This document shows positions 16,409-26,351 of a stretch of 38,685 bases of DNA, in pieces. Under the pieces are notes generated by a model. It had not been told where the DNA came from. It did no database searches and saw only the letters and a program-made list of their open reading frames with translations. Made by a program: the position numbers and the translations under genes. Positions within the stretch are counted from its first letter, which is position 1, and each line of letters opens with the position of its first letter. The stretch lies in sequence record SRR20825019_282; one strand, given 5' to 3'.

Positions 16409-18107
16409 CATACAAGCGGTTAGCAAGAGCTTTAGTGCTTGTCGTGCTGCAATACAGGACGTGTCCGCCAGCCTGATGCCAGGCCAGATAACAGGAATTG
16501 TTGGTCCTGACGGCGCGGGCAAAACCACCTTGCTTCGGATGATGGCGGGGCTTCTTACCCCCGATGAAGGACGCATACTGGTTGATGGCGAAGATAGGTG
16601 TGATGGAGGCAGGAGGCGTGACCATCTGGCCTATATGCCCCAGCATTTCGGCCTGTATGAAGACCTGACGGTCATGGAAAACCTACAGCTGTATGGCGAT
16701 TTGCGATCGCTGGCTAAGGCGGAGCGACCGGCGCGCTATGAAACGCTTTTGCAGTTTACGGGCCTTGGTCCTTTTACCGAGCGGCTCGCTGGGCGTCTCT
16801 CCGGTGGCATGAAACAGAAGCTTGGCCTTGCGTGTGCCTTGATCCGAACGCCCAAAATACTGCTTCTTGATGAGCCAAGCGTGGGTGTGGACCCAATTTC
16901 GCGGCGGGAACTATGGGCGATGAAGCAGGAATTGGCGGGCCAAGGCATGGCGATCGTGTGGAGCACCGCATATCTGGACGAGGCGGCGCGCTGCTCATCA
17001 GTGTTGTTGCTGGAAAGTGGACGGGTTTTATATAGCGGTCCCCCTGGTGTGGCGACCGATTGCATGGAAGGCCAAAGCTATGTCGTGCAGGGTCTTGCGT
17101 CGGGTCAGCGCAGGATGTTGGTCAAGGTTATGCAGCAGGACGGCGTGCTTGACGCGACGATCGAGGGGCATGAGGTTCGCTTCCTTATGGCCGCTGACGC
17201 AGACAGGCTAACACCGCGCGCTCTGGATGTTGACGGCGATGCCGTTATCGTGCCCGTTAAACCGCGATTTGAAGACGCCTTTATAACTTTGCTCGGAGGT
17301 GCACGCCTCAGCGCTTCGCCCTTTGCGGACATGCAGAAAGTGGCGCACAACGGTAACGACGTCTCGATACACGCTGATGGATTGACACGCCGGTTTGGCG
17401 ATTTCGTTGCGGCAGATCAGGTCAGTTTCTCAGTTGGACGGGGTGAGATTTTCGGCTTGATCGGGCCGAACGGCGCGGGAAAATCCACTACCTTCAAGAT
17501 GCTCTGCGGGCTTTTGAAGCCCAGCGCAGGCAATGCTTCAGTCGCAGGCCTAGACTTGAGGAAAGCCTCGAGCAAGGTGCGTGGCCGGATCGGATATATG
17601 GCACAGGGCTTTGCCCTATATGGCGACTTGAGTGTCATACAGAATCTCACCTTTTTTGCGGGCATCTATGGGCTGAAGAGGAAAAGCGCCCAGCTTGCCA
17701 TTGAGCGCGTCAGCGACATTTTTGGACTAGCTGCCCACCATGGGGGGCGTGCGGGCGATTTGTCCCTGGGATTCAAGCGCCGCCTAGCGCTCGCCTGCTC
17801 TGTCATGCACGGGCCGGATATACTTTTTCTCGATGAGCCGACCTCTGGTGTGGACCCGAAAACACGGCGCGAGTTTTGGGGGCATATCAACGCCATGGTT
17901 AGTCGAGGTGTCACTATTATCGTGACAACCCATTTTCTGCATGAAGCCGAATATTGTGACCAAGTGGCCCTGATCAATAAGGGCCGGATCATCGCTGCAG
18001 GTGCCCCGGATGCCCTGAAATCAGAAGTGTGTGCCCCTGATCTGCCCAATCCTACGCTTGAGGACGCATTCGTCTCACTGGTCGCGAGGCAGGAGGCCGC
18101 GGCATGA
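16392..18107 (+). CDS. ybhF: ABC ATPase with two NBDs (YbhF-like)
   Basis: Two Walker A motifs (GPDGAGKT, GPNGAGKS), LSGGMKQ, two DEP motifs. Start uncertain (GTG 16392 or 16368). Confidence 0.9.
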   Translation: MQPLIDIQAVSKSFSACRAAIQDVSASLMPGQITGIVGPDGAGKTTLLRMMAGLLTPDEGRILVDGEDRCDGGRRRDHLAYMPQHFGLYEDLTVMENLQLYGDLRSLAKAERPARYETLLQFTGLGPFTERLAGRLSGGMKQKLGLACALIRTPKILLLDEPSVGVDPISRRELWAMKQELAGQGMAIVWSTAYLDEAARCSSVLLLESGRVLYSGPPGVATDCMEGQSYVVQGLASGQRRMLVKVMQQDGVLDATIEGHEVRFLMAADADRLTPRALDVDGDAVIVPVKPRFEDAFITLLGGARLSASPFADMQKVAHNGNDVSIHADGLTRRFGDFVAADQVSFSVGRGEIFGLIGPNGAGKSTTFKMLCGLLKPSAGNASVAGLDLRKASSKVRGRIGYMAQGFALYGDLSVIQNLTFFAGIYGLKRKSAQLAIERVSDIFGLAAHHGGRAGDLSLGFKRRLALACSVMHGPDILFLDEPTSGVDPKTRREFWGHINAMVSRGVTIIVTTHFLHEAEYCDQVALINKGRIIAAGAPDALKSEVCAPDLPNPTLEDAFVSLVARQEAAA

Positions 18108-19225
18108 AGTTCAACATGGGGCGCATATTCGGGCTGGCACGTAAGGAAAGCAGGCAGATTTTAAGAGACCCGAGCAGTCTGATCATTGCCGTCTTTCTAC
18201 CACTTACCTTGCTGTTCCTGTTTGGGTACGGCGTCACGTTCGATCCGCGCAACTATGATATTGGCCTAGTGGTGGAGCAGCCCACGCCCGAGACCGGCAG
18301 CTTTACGGCCTCGCTGGTGACGTCCAGTTACTTCCGTGTGGCAACCGGTCGCGATGTGCGGGACCTGGAAAGCAAGCTAGTCTCGGGTGAGCTGAAGGGC
18401 ATCGTCGTGCTGCGCGCTGACTTTTCTCGCCGCGCCTTTCGCCGGGATACGGCTCCGATCCAGGTTCTGGTGGACGGGACGGACGCCAATACCGCGGAAT
18501 TGATCCGTGGCTATGTGCAGGCTGTGTGGGCGTCGTGGCTTGGCCAGGAGCTTTCTAGCAACGGGATCGACTACTCGCCGCCTGTAGGCCTTGTGTCCCG
18601 CCTGTGGTACAACCCGGAAGCCTCCAGCAAGAATTATCTGGTGCCTGGGTCCGTGGCGATCATCATGACGATGATTGGCGCGTTGTTGACCGCCCTTGTG
18701 GTGGCGCGGGAATGGGAACGCGGTACGATGGAAGCGTTATTGACCACCCCGATCGGCCGGTGGGAACTGCTTCTTGGGAAACTGGCGCCTTATTTCCTGT
18801 TGGGCATGGTATCCATGGTCCTATCGGTTGGGGTGGCTATCTGGCTTTTTGCTGTGCCGTTCCGGGGATCCTTCTGGGTGTTGGGGCTGACGTCAGCCGT
18901 GTTCATGTGGACATCGCTTGGTATGGGGCTGCTGATCTCGACCATCTCGCGAAGCCAACTGATCGCCGCCCAGATTTCCATTCTGTCAGCCTTTCTTCCT
19001 GCCTTTTACTTTTCGAACTTTGTTTTTGAGGTCGACAGCATGCCAGCCCCTCTTCAGGGGATCAGCTATATTGTACCGGCCAAATATTTTGTCTCGACGC
19101 TTCAAACGCTGTTCCTGGCGGGGGATGCGGGTGACGTGATCGTGACGGACACGCTGGTCCTGGCGCTGATCGGCTTGGTGTTTTTCATGGTGGCCGTCAA
19201 GAAAACCAGAACGGATTTGGAGTAG
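18104..19225 (+). CDS. ybhS: ABC-2 permease (YbhS-like)
   Basis: KESRQILRDPSS, AREWERGTMEALL, multiple TM helices. Confidence 0.9.
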   Translation: MKFNMGRIFGLARKESRQILRDPSSLIIAVFLPLTLLFLFGYGVTFDPRNYDIGLVVEQPTPETGSFTASLVTSSYFRVATGRDVRDLESKLVSGELKGIVVLRADFSRRAFRRDTAPIQVLVDGTDANTAELIRGYVQAVWASWLGQELSSNGIDYSPPVGLVSRLWYNPEASSKNYLVPGSVAIIMTMIGALLTALVVAREWERGTMEALLTTPIGRWELLLGKLAPYFLLGMVSMVLSVGVAIWLFAVPFRGSFWVLGLTSAVFMWTSLGMGLLISTISRSQLIAAQISILSAFLPAFYFSNFVFEVDSMPAPLQGISYIVPAKYFVSTLQTLFLAGDAGDVIVTDTLVLALIGLVFFMVAVKKTRTDLE

Positions 19226-19231
19226 GCAACC

Positions 19232-20344
19232 ATGTGGACCCGACTTTATGCGCTGATCAAGAAGGAATTGTGGGCCAACATCCAGGACAGACAAACCCGG
19301 TTCCTGTTGCTGGTGGCGCCCCCGTTCCTGTTGCTGATTTATGCCTTCGCACTGACGCAGGAGGTCAAGAATGTGTCACTTGCAGTTTTCAACCAGGATC
19401 AGGGCCTTGAATCCCGCGAACTGGTGTCGCGCTTTGTCGGGGCCCCGACCTTCACGCATGTAACCTATCTGGCAGGCGACAAGGAAATTGGCGAGGTCAT
19501 CGAAAACCAGACGGCATTGATGGTGCTTCACATCCAGTCGGATTTTTCCAGACGGGTCGCACAGGGCGAGACATCAAACGTGCAGATTATTCTGGATGGC
19601 CGCCGATCGAACGTTGCGCAAATACTGGCGAGCTATACAGGGGAAATCGTTGCCACCTTCAATGCCGAGATGGAGGCGCGGACGCCTAGGAGTGGGACCC
19701 CACCCAGTGAGATTGTTTCCCGAACCTATTTCAATCCGAATTTTGATACCATCTGGTCGGGCACGCCGGGGCTGTTTGCTGGGCTAATCGCCACGGTGGG
19801 CTTTATGGTGTCTGCTTTCTCGGTCGCTCGGGAGCGTGAGTTGGGAAGCTTCGAGCAGTTGCTGGTATCGCCGCTGCGGCCGTTTGAGATTTTGGTTGGG
19901 AAGACCATTCCCGCGCTGATCATTGCCATGACAAGCGCGCTGGCGATGCTGATCCTCAGTATCCTTGTCCTGGGCGTGCCGTTTGAAGGCTCCGTTCTTC
20001 TGTTATTTGCCGCGATGACGCTCTATCTTGCGGCCATCATCGGTATCGGGTTGTTTATATCATCGCTTGCGTCCACGCAGCAGCAAGCCATTATCGGGAT
20101 ATTCATGTATATGGTGCCAGCCATCCTGCTCTCTGGCTATGCTACACCGGTAGAGAACATGCCCGACTTGCTGCAGGCTGTCACTCAAACCAACCCGATA
20201 ACGCATTTCATTGCGATCTGTCGCGGCGTGTTCCTAAAGGCTGTGCCAGCAGGTGATGTGGTCGGCCATATGTGGCCAATGCTCGCGATTGCTATTGTGA
20301 CCCAGTCAGCCGGTGCCTGGATGTTTCGGCGCAAGCTCTCCTGA
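19232..20344 (+). CDS. ybhR: ABC-2 permease (YbhR-like)
   Basis: ARERELGSFEQLLVSP, LLSGYATPVENMP. Confidence 0.9.
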   Translation: MWTRLYALIKKELWANIQDRQTRFLLLVAPPFLLLIYAFALTQEVKNVSLAVFNQDQGLESRELVSRFVGAPTFTHVTYLAGDKEIGEVIENQTALMVLHIQSDFSRRVAQGETSNVQIILDGRRSNVAQILASYTGEIVATFNAEMEARTPRSGTPPSEIVSRTYFNPNFDTIWSGTPGLFAGLIATVGFMVSAFSVARERELGSFEQLLVSPLRPFEILVGKTIPALIIAMTSALAMLILSILVLGVPFEGSVLLLFAAMTLYLAAIIGIGLFISSLASTQQQAIIGIFMYMVPAILLSGYATPVENMPDLLQAVTQTNPITHFIAICRGVFLKAVPAGDVVGHMWPMLAIAIVTQSAGAWMFRRKLS

Positions 20345-20350
20345 TGTCAT

Positions 20351-20377
20351 AGCGGTGTGCCAAGGCGACACACCGCT
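20351..20377. terminator. Hairpin between convergent operons (probable terminator)
   Basis: AGCGGTGTG-ccaaggcga-CACACCGCT. Confidence 0.7.
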
Positions 20378-20398
20378 TAAAGGAAAGGGACTGGGCGA

Positions 20399-20761
20399 TC
20401 AGTGGTTGTGATCGTGCTCTTTCTTCTTCTCGCCTTCTTGTTTCATGTCATCCTTGTCCATGCCCTTTTTCATCCCTTGGTCCATTGGCATCATCGACAT
20501 ACATTCATCCATTTGCAGCATCATGTTGCTGCGGATCTTGGCTGGGTCAGTCTCATGATCCATTTCCATTTTCTCGGTCATGCAGACCTTCATATGCTTG
20601 CGCATCATATCCCGCATCATCATGCCGTCTTTCATCATCATATGGCCCGCCTTATCTTTGTGATCATCCTTATGATCACCGTCGTGGGCATTAACCGGCA
20701 TTGTGAGCGACAGGCCGATAGCGGCTGCTGCCAATGTAGTGACGATTGATTTGCTTTTCAT
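20399..20761 (-). CDS. Secreted Met/His-rich small protein (putative Cu/Ag-binding)
   Basis: Signal peptide (VNA/H), 22 Met, 9 His and 2 Cys in the 95-aa mature part, AGGAGG SD. Confidence 0.8.
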   Translation of the reverse strand: MKSKSIVTTLAAAAIGLSLTMPVNAHDGDHKDDHKDKAGHMMMKDGMMMRDMMRKHMKVCMTEKMEMDHETDPAKIRSNMMLQMDECMSMMPMDQGMKKGMDKDDMKQEGEKKKEHDHNH

Positions 20762-20830
20762 GAAAACCTCCTGAGGATTGATTGTGGTCTGTTTGGAAAT
20801 TCCAAATGTTGGGATTGATGCGGCAGAGGA

Positions 20831-21466
20831 TCAGGCGCCTGTCAGATTCGGGACAAAGCGTGGTGTGTGCTCGGCATACCGTGTGAAGGTTTCGCCGAAA
20901 TCCCTTTCTGCCTGGTGTTCTTCCGTGATTGACAGTCGCCAGTAGACAATAAGAAGTATAGGGAACATCGCGAGCGTCAGGATGGTCGGCCACTGCAGGA
21001 GGAACCCAAACATGATCAGAACAAAAGCCACATACTGGGGGTGCCGTATACGGGCATAGGGGCCGCTGGTCGCCAGCGTTCCTGTCTTTTGTGCCCGATA
21101 TAGGACGTTCCAGGCCGCCCCCAGCAGCAAGAACCCGCCGCCGATGAAAACCATGCTCAGAATATGGAAAGGACCGAAGTGCGGGTTGGCTTTCCAGCCG
21201 AACATCATCTCCAGCAGATGGCCGGAATCGTGCGCGAACCAGTCCACATCAGGAAATTGGCTTTGCAGCCATCCGGATAGGAAATAGATCGTTAGTGGCA
21301 CGCCGTACATCTCAGTGAAGAGGGCGACAATGAAAGCGCTGAAAACACCGAAGGAGCGCCAGTCAGTTGTCGTCTTTGGCTTTGTGAAGCTAAAAGCAAA
21401 GAATATGAAAATGGCCGAGTTCAGGATCACGAGGCTCCAGAGCCCATAGGACGATGAATGATCCAT
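20831..21466 (-). CDS. Isoprenylcysteine carboxyl methyltransferase (ICMT/PEMT) family membrane protein
   Basis: LATSGPYARIRHPQY...EE motif, ALFTEMYG. Confidence 0.88.
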   Translation of the reverse strand: MDHSSSYGLWSLVILNSAIFIFFAFSFTKPKTTTDWRSFGVFSAFIVALFTEMYGVPLTIYFLSGWLQSQFPDVDWFAHDSGHLLEMMFGWKANPHFGPFHILSMVFIGGGFLLLGAAWNVLYRAQKTGTLATSGPYARIRHPQYVAFVLIMFGFLLQWPTILTLAMFPILLIVYWRLSITEEHQAERDFGETFTRYAEHTPRFVPNLTGA

Positions 21467-21472
21467 GGCGAC

Positions 21473-21685
21473 TTACTCCTCATCCTTGTGGTCATGGTGA
21501 GAATGACCCCCATGCATGAACAGATGCATTCCTACGCATAGCAGCAACAACAGCAGTAACGGCGCATTGCCACCGAGTGTTATATGAGCCCTATGTTCAT
21601 AAACTAACATCAAACCAGCGATCGCTAGGAACACGATGAACACGAAACCGATCCGTGTTTGAAAGAAGCCTGGAGAATTTTTCAT
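21473..21685 (-). CDS. DUF2933-like small membrane protein
   Basis: EHRAH...LLCVGMHLFMHGGH signature, GGAGG SD. Confidence 0.85.
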   Translation of the reverse strand: MKNSPGFFQTRIGFVFIVFLAIAGLMLVYEHRAHITLGGNAPLLLLLLLCVGMHLFMHGGHSHHDHKDEE

Positions 21686-21711
21686 GGTCGCCCTCCGAAA
21701 GGTTTAGCACG

Positions 21712-21742
21712 AGCTTAGGGCTTCCAGTTACAGGAAGGTCAA
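21712..21742 (-). promoter_or_regulatory. CueR-type promoter of the DUF2933-ICMT operon
   Basis: TTGACC-19 bp-TAAGCT with dyad ACCTTCC-TGTAACT-GGAAGCC. Confidence 0.88.
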
Positions 21743-21801
21743 GGCAGGAAATCTCCAGGCGCATTATTTTTTCAGAGGGTCAAAAAAATGCAGAAAGCCT
21801 A

Positions 21802-21832
21802 TTGACCTTACCCTTACTAGAAGCTTTAGGCT
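21802..21832 (+). promoter_or_regulatory. CueR-type promoter of copA
   Basis: TTGACC-19 bp-TAGGCT with imperfect dyad ACCTTAC-CCTTACT-AGAAGCT. Confidence 0.82.
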
Positions 21833-21867
21833 TCCGGCGAATCCACCGTTGATCAGGAGTTTCGCCC

Positions 21868-24351
21868 ATGTGTGAGCACCACGACCATCATCACCACGCC
21901 GGTCACGATGCACCCGTTGTCCATGACCCCGTTTGCGGCATGTCGGTCGACCCGGCTGCAAGCAAGCGCAAGGTCAGCCATGCCGGGCATGACTATTATT
22001 TCTGTAGCGATCATTGCAAGGCCAAATTCGAGGCGGAACCAGACACATATACAACAGCCAAAGATCCGGTCTGCGGCATGACTGTCGACCGGGGCACGGC
22101 GTCCCATGTTCAAAAGCATGAAGGGGATCGCTATTATTTCTGTTCGAAAAAGTGCGAGCAGAAGTTCGTGGCTGATCCTGCCCAATATCTTGGTGACATG
22201 CCGACCCCGGAGCCGATGCCGGAAGGCACGATATATACCTGCCCGATGCATCCCGAAATCCAACAGGTGGGTCCGGGAACCTGCCCCATCTGCGGTATGG
22301 CACTAGAGCCCATGGGTGTGCCCGCGGGGGATGAAGGCCCAAACCCGGAGTTGGTCGACTTCAAGCGCCGTTTCTGGTTGGGGGCAATTTTCACGGTACC
22401 ACTTCTGGTGCTATCCATGGGGCCGTATATCGGCCTTGGTGGCGTTCGTGAGATCTTTGGGGAACGTCTGACGCTGTGGATTGAGTTCGCCCTTGGCACG
22501 CCGGTGATCTTGTGGGCCGGGTGGCCTTTCTTTGTTCGTGGGGCCCAATCCTTTGTTACAGGTAACCTCAATATGTTCACCCTGATCGGGATCGGGACCG
22601 GCGCAGCCTATCTTTTCAGCGTCGTCGCGGTGTTGGCACCTGGTATCTTCCCTGATGGGTTTCGCGATCCGGAAGGCCATGTGGGAGTCTATTTTGAAGC
22701 GGGTGCTGTGATCGTGACCCTCGTGCTGCTTGGACAGGTGATGGAGTTGGGCGCGCGGGAGCGCACCGGTGCTGCCATCAAGGCGCTTCTGGACCTGGCG
22801 GCCAAGACCGCCCGGAGAATCCGCGATGATGGCCGGGAGGAAGAGATTTCGCTTGAAGATGTAGCCGTTGGTGATCGCCTTCGTGTGCGGCCCGGCGACA
22901 AGATCCCAGTAGACGGCGTTGTGCTCGAAGGTCGGTCGTCGGTCGACGAATCCATGATTTCAGGCGAACCCGTACCTGTTGAGAAGGTGGGAGGCGATAC
23001 ACTCACAGGTGCCACGATCAACGGAACGGGTAGCCTGATCATGAAAGCGGAACGTGTGGGTAAGGACACCATGCTGTCGCAGATTGTCGAGATGGTCGCA
23101 AATGCGCAAAGGAGCCGGGCACCAATCCAGAAACTGGCAGACTCTGTTGCGGGCAAGTTTGTGCCGGTGGTAATTCTTATTGCTGTGCTCGCCTTTATCG
23201 CCTGGGCTGTTTGGGGGCCAGCACCGGCATTGTCATATGGCTTGGTTGCGGCTGTCGCTGTACTCATCATCGCATGTCCATGTGCGCTCGGATTGGCAAC
23301 GCCGATGTCGATTATGACAGCTACCGGCCGCGGCGCACAGGCGGGCGTGTTGATCAAAAATGCAGAAGCGCTCGAGCGCTTTGCCAAAGTTGATATCCTG
23401 ATTGTCGACAAGACCGGGACCCTGACGGTGGGCAAGCCCAAATTGGTGGCTGTGTTGCCGCAGGCGGGGCACAGCGAAGAGGATGTGCTCCGTTTTGCAG
23501 CGAGCCTTGAGCGCGGGTCCGAGCATCCGCTGGCAGAAGCCATTGTATCCGGCGCGGAAGAGCGCGGCCTGAAGCTTGTGGCTGCCGACGATTTTGAAGC
23601 GGTGACCGGCAAGGGCGTGAAAGGCGTGATCGACGGCACTTCCGTAGCGCTCGGGAACGCCAAACTGCTTGAGGGCATGGGGATTGATGGTGGGGCACTG
23701 TCCGATACCGCCAATGCTCGTCGCGATGAGGGCGAAACCGTCATGTTTGTCGTGCTCGATGGTGAAATAGCGGGGCTTGTATCGGTAGCGGACCCGGTGA
23801 AGGAAACCACACCAGATGCCCTTAAGGCACTTCACGCAGAAGGACTGACGGTAATCATGGCTACGGGCGACAATGAACGCACTGGCCGGGCCGTCGCCGC
23901 AAGGCTCGGGATTGATGATATCCGTGCCGACGTATTGCCGGAAGACAAAGCCCGTATTATTCGGGAACTTCAGGAACAGGGACACCGTGTCGCCATGGCG
24001 GGCGACGGTGTCAATGACGCGCCCGCGCTGGCGCAGGCCGATGTGGGAATTGCCATGGGGACCGGTGCTGACGTGGCGATTGAAAGTGCGGGCTTCACCC
24101 TTGTGAAAGGGGACCTGACCGGGATTGTCAGGGCGCGGCGGCTGGCTTGCGCCACGATGCGCAATATCAGGCAAAACCTGTTCTTTGCGCTCGTCTATAA
24201 CGCCGCTGGTGTGCCGATTGCGGCCGGTGTTCTGTATCCCTGGCTGGGTCTCCTGATTTCGCCCATGTTCGCGGCCGCGGCCATGAGCCTGAGTTCTGTG
24301 TCGGTGATCAGTAACTCGCTCAGGCTGAAGTCGATCCGGCTCCAGGAGTGA
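21868..24351 (+). CDS. copA: P1B-1 Cu(I)-translocating ATPase with two YHS/TRASH domains
   Basis: His-rich N-terminus, two DPVCGM...YYFCS repeats, YTCPMHP, CPC, DKTGT, HP, GDGVND, YN, MSLSS. Confidence 0.96.
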   Translation: MCEHHDHHHHAGHDAPVVHDPVCGMSVDPAASKRKVSHAGHDYYFCSDHCKAKFEAEPDTYTTAKDPVCGMTVDRGTASHVQKHEGDRYYFCSKKCEQKFVADPAQYLGDMPTPEPMPEGTIYTCPMHPEIQQVGPGTCPICGMALEPMGVPAGDEGPNPELVDFKRRFWLGAIFTVPLLVLSMGPYIGLGGVREIFGERLTLWIEFALGTPVILWAGWPFFVRGAQSFVTGNLNMFTLIGIGTGAAYLFSVVAVLAPGIFPDGFRDPEGHVGVYFEAGAVIVTLVLLGQVMELGARERTGAAIKALLDLAAKTARRIRDDGREEEISLEDVAVGDRLRVRPGDKIPVDGVVLEGRSSVDESMISGEPVPVEKVGGDTLTGATINGTGSLIMKAERVGKDTMLSQIVEMVANAQRSRAPIQKLADSVAGKFVPVVILIAVLAFIAWAVWGPAPALSYGLVAAVAVLIIACPCALGLATPMSIMTATGRGAQAGVLIKNAEALERFAKVDILIVDKTGTLTVGKPKLVAVLPQAGHSEEDVLRFAASLERGSEHPLAEAIVSGAEERGLKLVAADDFEAVTGKGVKGVIDGTSVALGNAKLLEGMGIDGGALSDTANARRDEGETVMFVVLDGEIAGLVSVADPVKETTPDALKALHAEGLTVIMATGDNERTGRAVAARLGIDDIRADVLPEDKARIIRELQEQGHRVAMAGDGVNDAPALAQADVGIAMGTGADVAIESAGFTLVKGDLTGIVRARRLACATMRNIRQNLFFALVYNAAGVPIAAGVLYPWLGLLISPMFAAAAMSLSSVSVISNSLRLKSIRLQE

Positions 24352-24355
24352 AGTC

Positions 24356-24760
24356 ATGGCACAGCTGACGATTGGAAAACTTGCTGACGCGACCGGCGTT
24401 GGCATTGAAACGATACGGTATTATGAGCGATGCCATGTCCTCCCCACGCCTGAGCGCACCAGCGCCGGATATCGGGTATATGGCTCGGAAAATGTCAGGC
24501 AGCTTAAGTTCGTGAAGGAGGCGCAGTCTTTAGGTTTTACACTTAAAGAAATAAGGGAGCTCCTGGAACTGTCAGCGAGTCCTGCGGCTGATTGCGCAGC
24601 CGTCAACAAGATTGCAAGAGACAAGATTGAACAGATCGACGGCAAGCTGGCTCTTCTGACCAAGATCAAGCAGAATTTGGAAGTGTTGGCAAATTATTGT
24701 CCTGGCAATGATCAGCCGCTTCAGGACTGTAGCATAATCAATCATTTGTATGGCGACTAA
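24356..24760 (+). CDS. MerR-family metal-responsive regulator (three-Cys type)
   Basis: HTH, ADCAAV Cys at the dimer-helix start, CPGNDQPLQDC. Confidence 0.9.
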   Translation: MAQLTIGKLADATGVGIETIRYYERCHVLPTPERTSAGYRVYGSENVRQLKFVKEAQSLGFTLKEIRELLELSASPAADCAAVNKIARDKIEQIDGKLALLTKIKQNLEVLANYCPGNDQPLQDCSIINHLYGD

Positions 24761-24807
24761 CCAATGCGCGTAAATTTGCTAAAGCTCGTTTCGAGTGGGA
24801 ACAAACC

Positions 24808-25542
24808 GTGAAAAAACAACAGGTTCATAAATTTCTTGCTAAAACCCACAAGTGGATCGGCCTGGTCCTCGGCCTTCAGGTCCTTGCCTGGACGGTAGGC
24901 GGCGTGGTCATGAGTTGGATCCCGATCGACACTGTTCGCGGCGCTCACAATGTTGAAGAACAGTCCTCTATTGCGTTGATGGAGCTAAATAGCTTTTTGC
25001 CAATAGCGGAAATCGCCAAGCGGGTTGAAGGGCCGATCACGCGGGCAACCTACATGACGTTGTTGGAAAGGCCTGTTGTCAGGATAATACAGGCGGCCGA
25101 AGTTGTTACGCTCGTGGATGCCCAATCGGGGCATGTCTTGCCGCCGGTTGATGAACGGCTGGCCCGTCGTGTCGCAGAGGCGGATTTTAAGCCCGATGTG
25201 TCCATAACGTCGGCGGTACTCGTCGATCAACACACGATCGACTATCGTGGCCCACTTCCAGTTTGGCAGGTACAATTCGCGGACAAGGACACAACGTCAA
25301 TCTATGTGTCGCCAGTGGAGGGGCGTGTTCTGGCTAGGCGATCAGCCACATGGCGCTTATATGATTTTTTCTGGATGCTACACATCATGGACTATGATGA
25401 GCGCGAGAATTTTAACAATCCGCTGATTATGACCTTCGCCTTAAGTGCCGCACTATTCACCCTGTCGGGGCTGGGGCTGGTGTTTTTCCGTTTCTATCGG
25501 CGAGATTTCAACTGGCTCCTCGGACGGAGGAAGCGGCTTTAG
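24808..25542 (+). CDS. PepSY-domain membrane protein
   Basis: N-terminal TM with THKWIG, two PepSY-like repeats (VDAQSG, VSPVEG), WMLHIMD, C-terminal TM. Confidence 0.82.
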   Translation: MKKQQVHKFLAKTHKWIGLVLGLQVLAWTVGGVVMSWIPIDTVRGAHNVEEQSSIALMELNSFLPIAEIAKRVEGPITRATYMTLLERPVVRIIQAAEVVTLVDAQSGHVLPPVDERLARRVAEADFKPDVSITSAVLVDQHTIDYRGPLPVWQVQFADKDTTSIYVSPVEGRVLARRSATWRLYDFFWMLHIMDYDERENFNNPLIMTFALSAALFTLSGLGLVFFRFYRRDFNWLLGRRKRL

Positions 25543-25589
25543 GTGCTGCCCGGTGGCTGCTGGAAAGGATGCTGGCTTTGGAAAAGACA

Positions 25590-25976
25590 ATGAAGATATC
25601 GGATTTTTCGGCCTACTCAGGTGTGCCGAGTGATACTATTCGATACTATGAAAGGCGCGGGCTTCTTCCAGCACCTGCGAGGAAGCCCTCCAACTACAGG
25701 ATGTACAGCAAAGATGACGCCGCACAGGTTCGTTTCTTGCATGATCTTCAATCCTTGGGGTTGTCGCTTCATCAATTGGTCACTTTGCTTTCTATCTGTG
25801 ATGAGAAAAAGTCGTTGAGTTTGGATGATGAATCCTTTGTCGATACGATACTTGGAGACCTTGAGGCAAGGCAGGCTTTGTCAGACCGCTTGGAAACAGT
25901 GCTGAGAGAGTTGAAGGCTGGTGAGAAGTGCTCGGACGTAGCGTGGAAAATGTTCGGGGAAAGGAATGCTTCTTAG
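25590..25976 (+). CDS. MerR-family regulator lacking the canonical C-terminal Cys loop
   Basis: MKISDF...TIRYYERRGLL...YRMY HTH, no C-x7-9-C loop. Confidence 0.82.
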   Translation: MKISDFSAYSGVPSDTIRYYERRGLLPAPARKPSNYRMYSKDDAAQVRFLHDLQSLGLSLHQLVTLLSICDEKKSLSLDDESFVDTILGDLEARQALSDRLETVLRELKAGEKCSDVAWKMFGERNAS

Positions 25977-26044
25977 ACAGCAACCGACACGCCTGTGTCA
26001 TTGCTCAAGATGGAGAGTTTAAGATCAGGGAAAGGATCACCAAG

Positions 26045-26308
26045 ATGAAACTCAACGTAATCGCTATGGCAAATGCTGGTGCTGCAACGGCAGCAATCCT
26101 ATGGACGATCTGCAGCCTGCTTGTATATGTACTGCCGGTTATGATGATGTCGACGACAGGACATATGGTCCATTTGGATATGGGGGCGCACAGCTGGACC
26201 CTAACACTCTATGGCTTTACCTTTGGACTTGTAATCTGGACAGCATTTGCCTGGATAACTGGGTGGTTTTTGGGTGCCTTTTACAACAAGTTTGGCGATG
26301 ACGCTTGA
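26045..26308 (+). CDS. Small two-TM membrane protein (DUF5676-like)
   Basis: ATG 26045 after AAGGA; TM with ICS, HMVH loop, second TM ending YNK. Confidence 0.7.
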   Translation: MKLNVIAMANAGAATAAILWTICSLLVYVLPVMMMSTTGHMVHLDMGAHSWTLTLYGFTFGLVIWTAFAWITGWFLGAFYNKFGDDA

Positions 26309-26351
26309 TGATGCGCCGCCGGACTTTGAATAGTAAATGAGGAATCTGGAA

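Noticed and set aside
15740-16576. 278-aa antisense ORF opposite ybhG/ybhF
   Set aside because: Shadow ORF fully overlapping well-supported genes.
22689-24405. Long antisense ORFs (373 and 390 aa) opposite copA
   Set aside because: Shadow frames of a GC-rich conserved gene with no recognisable motifs.
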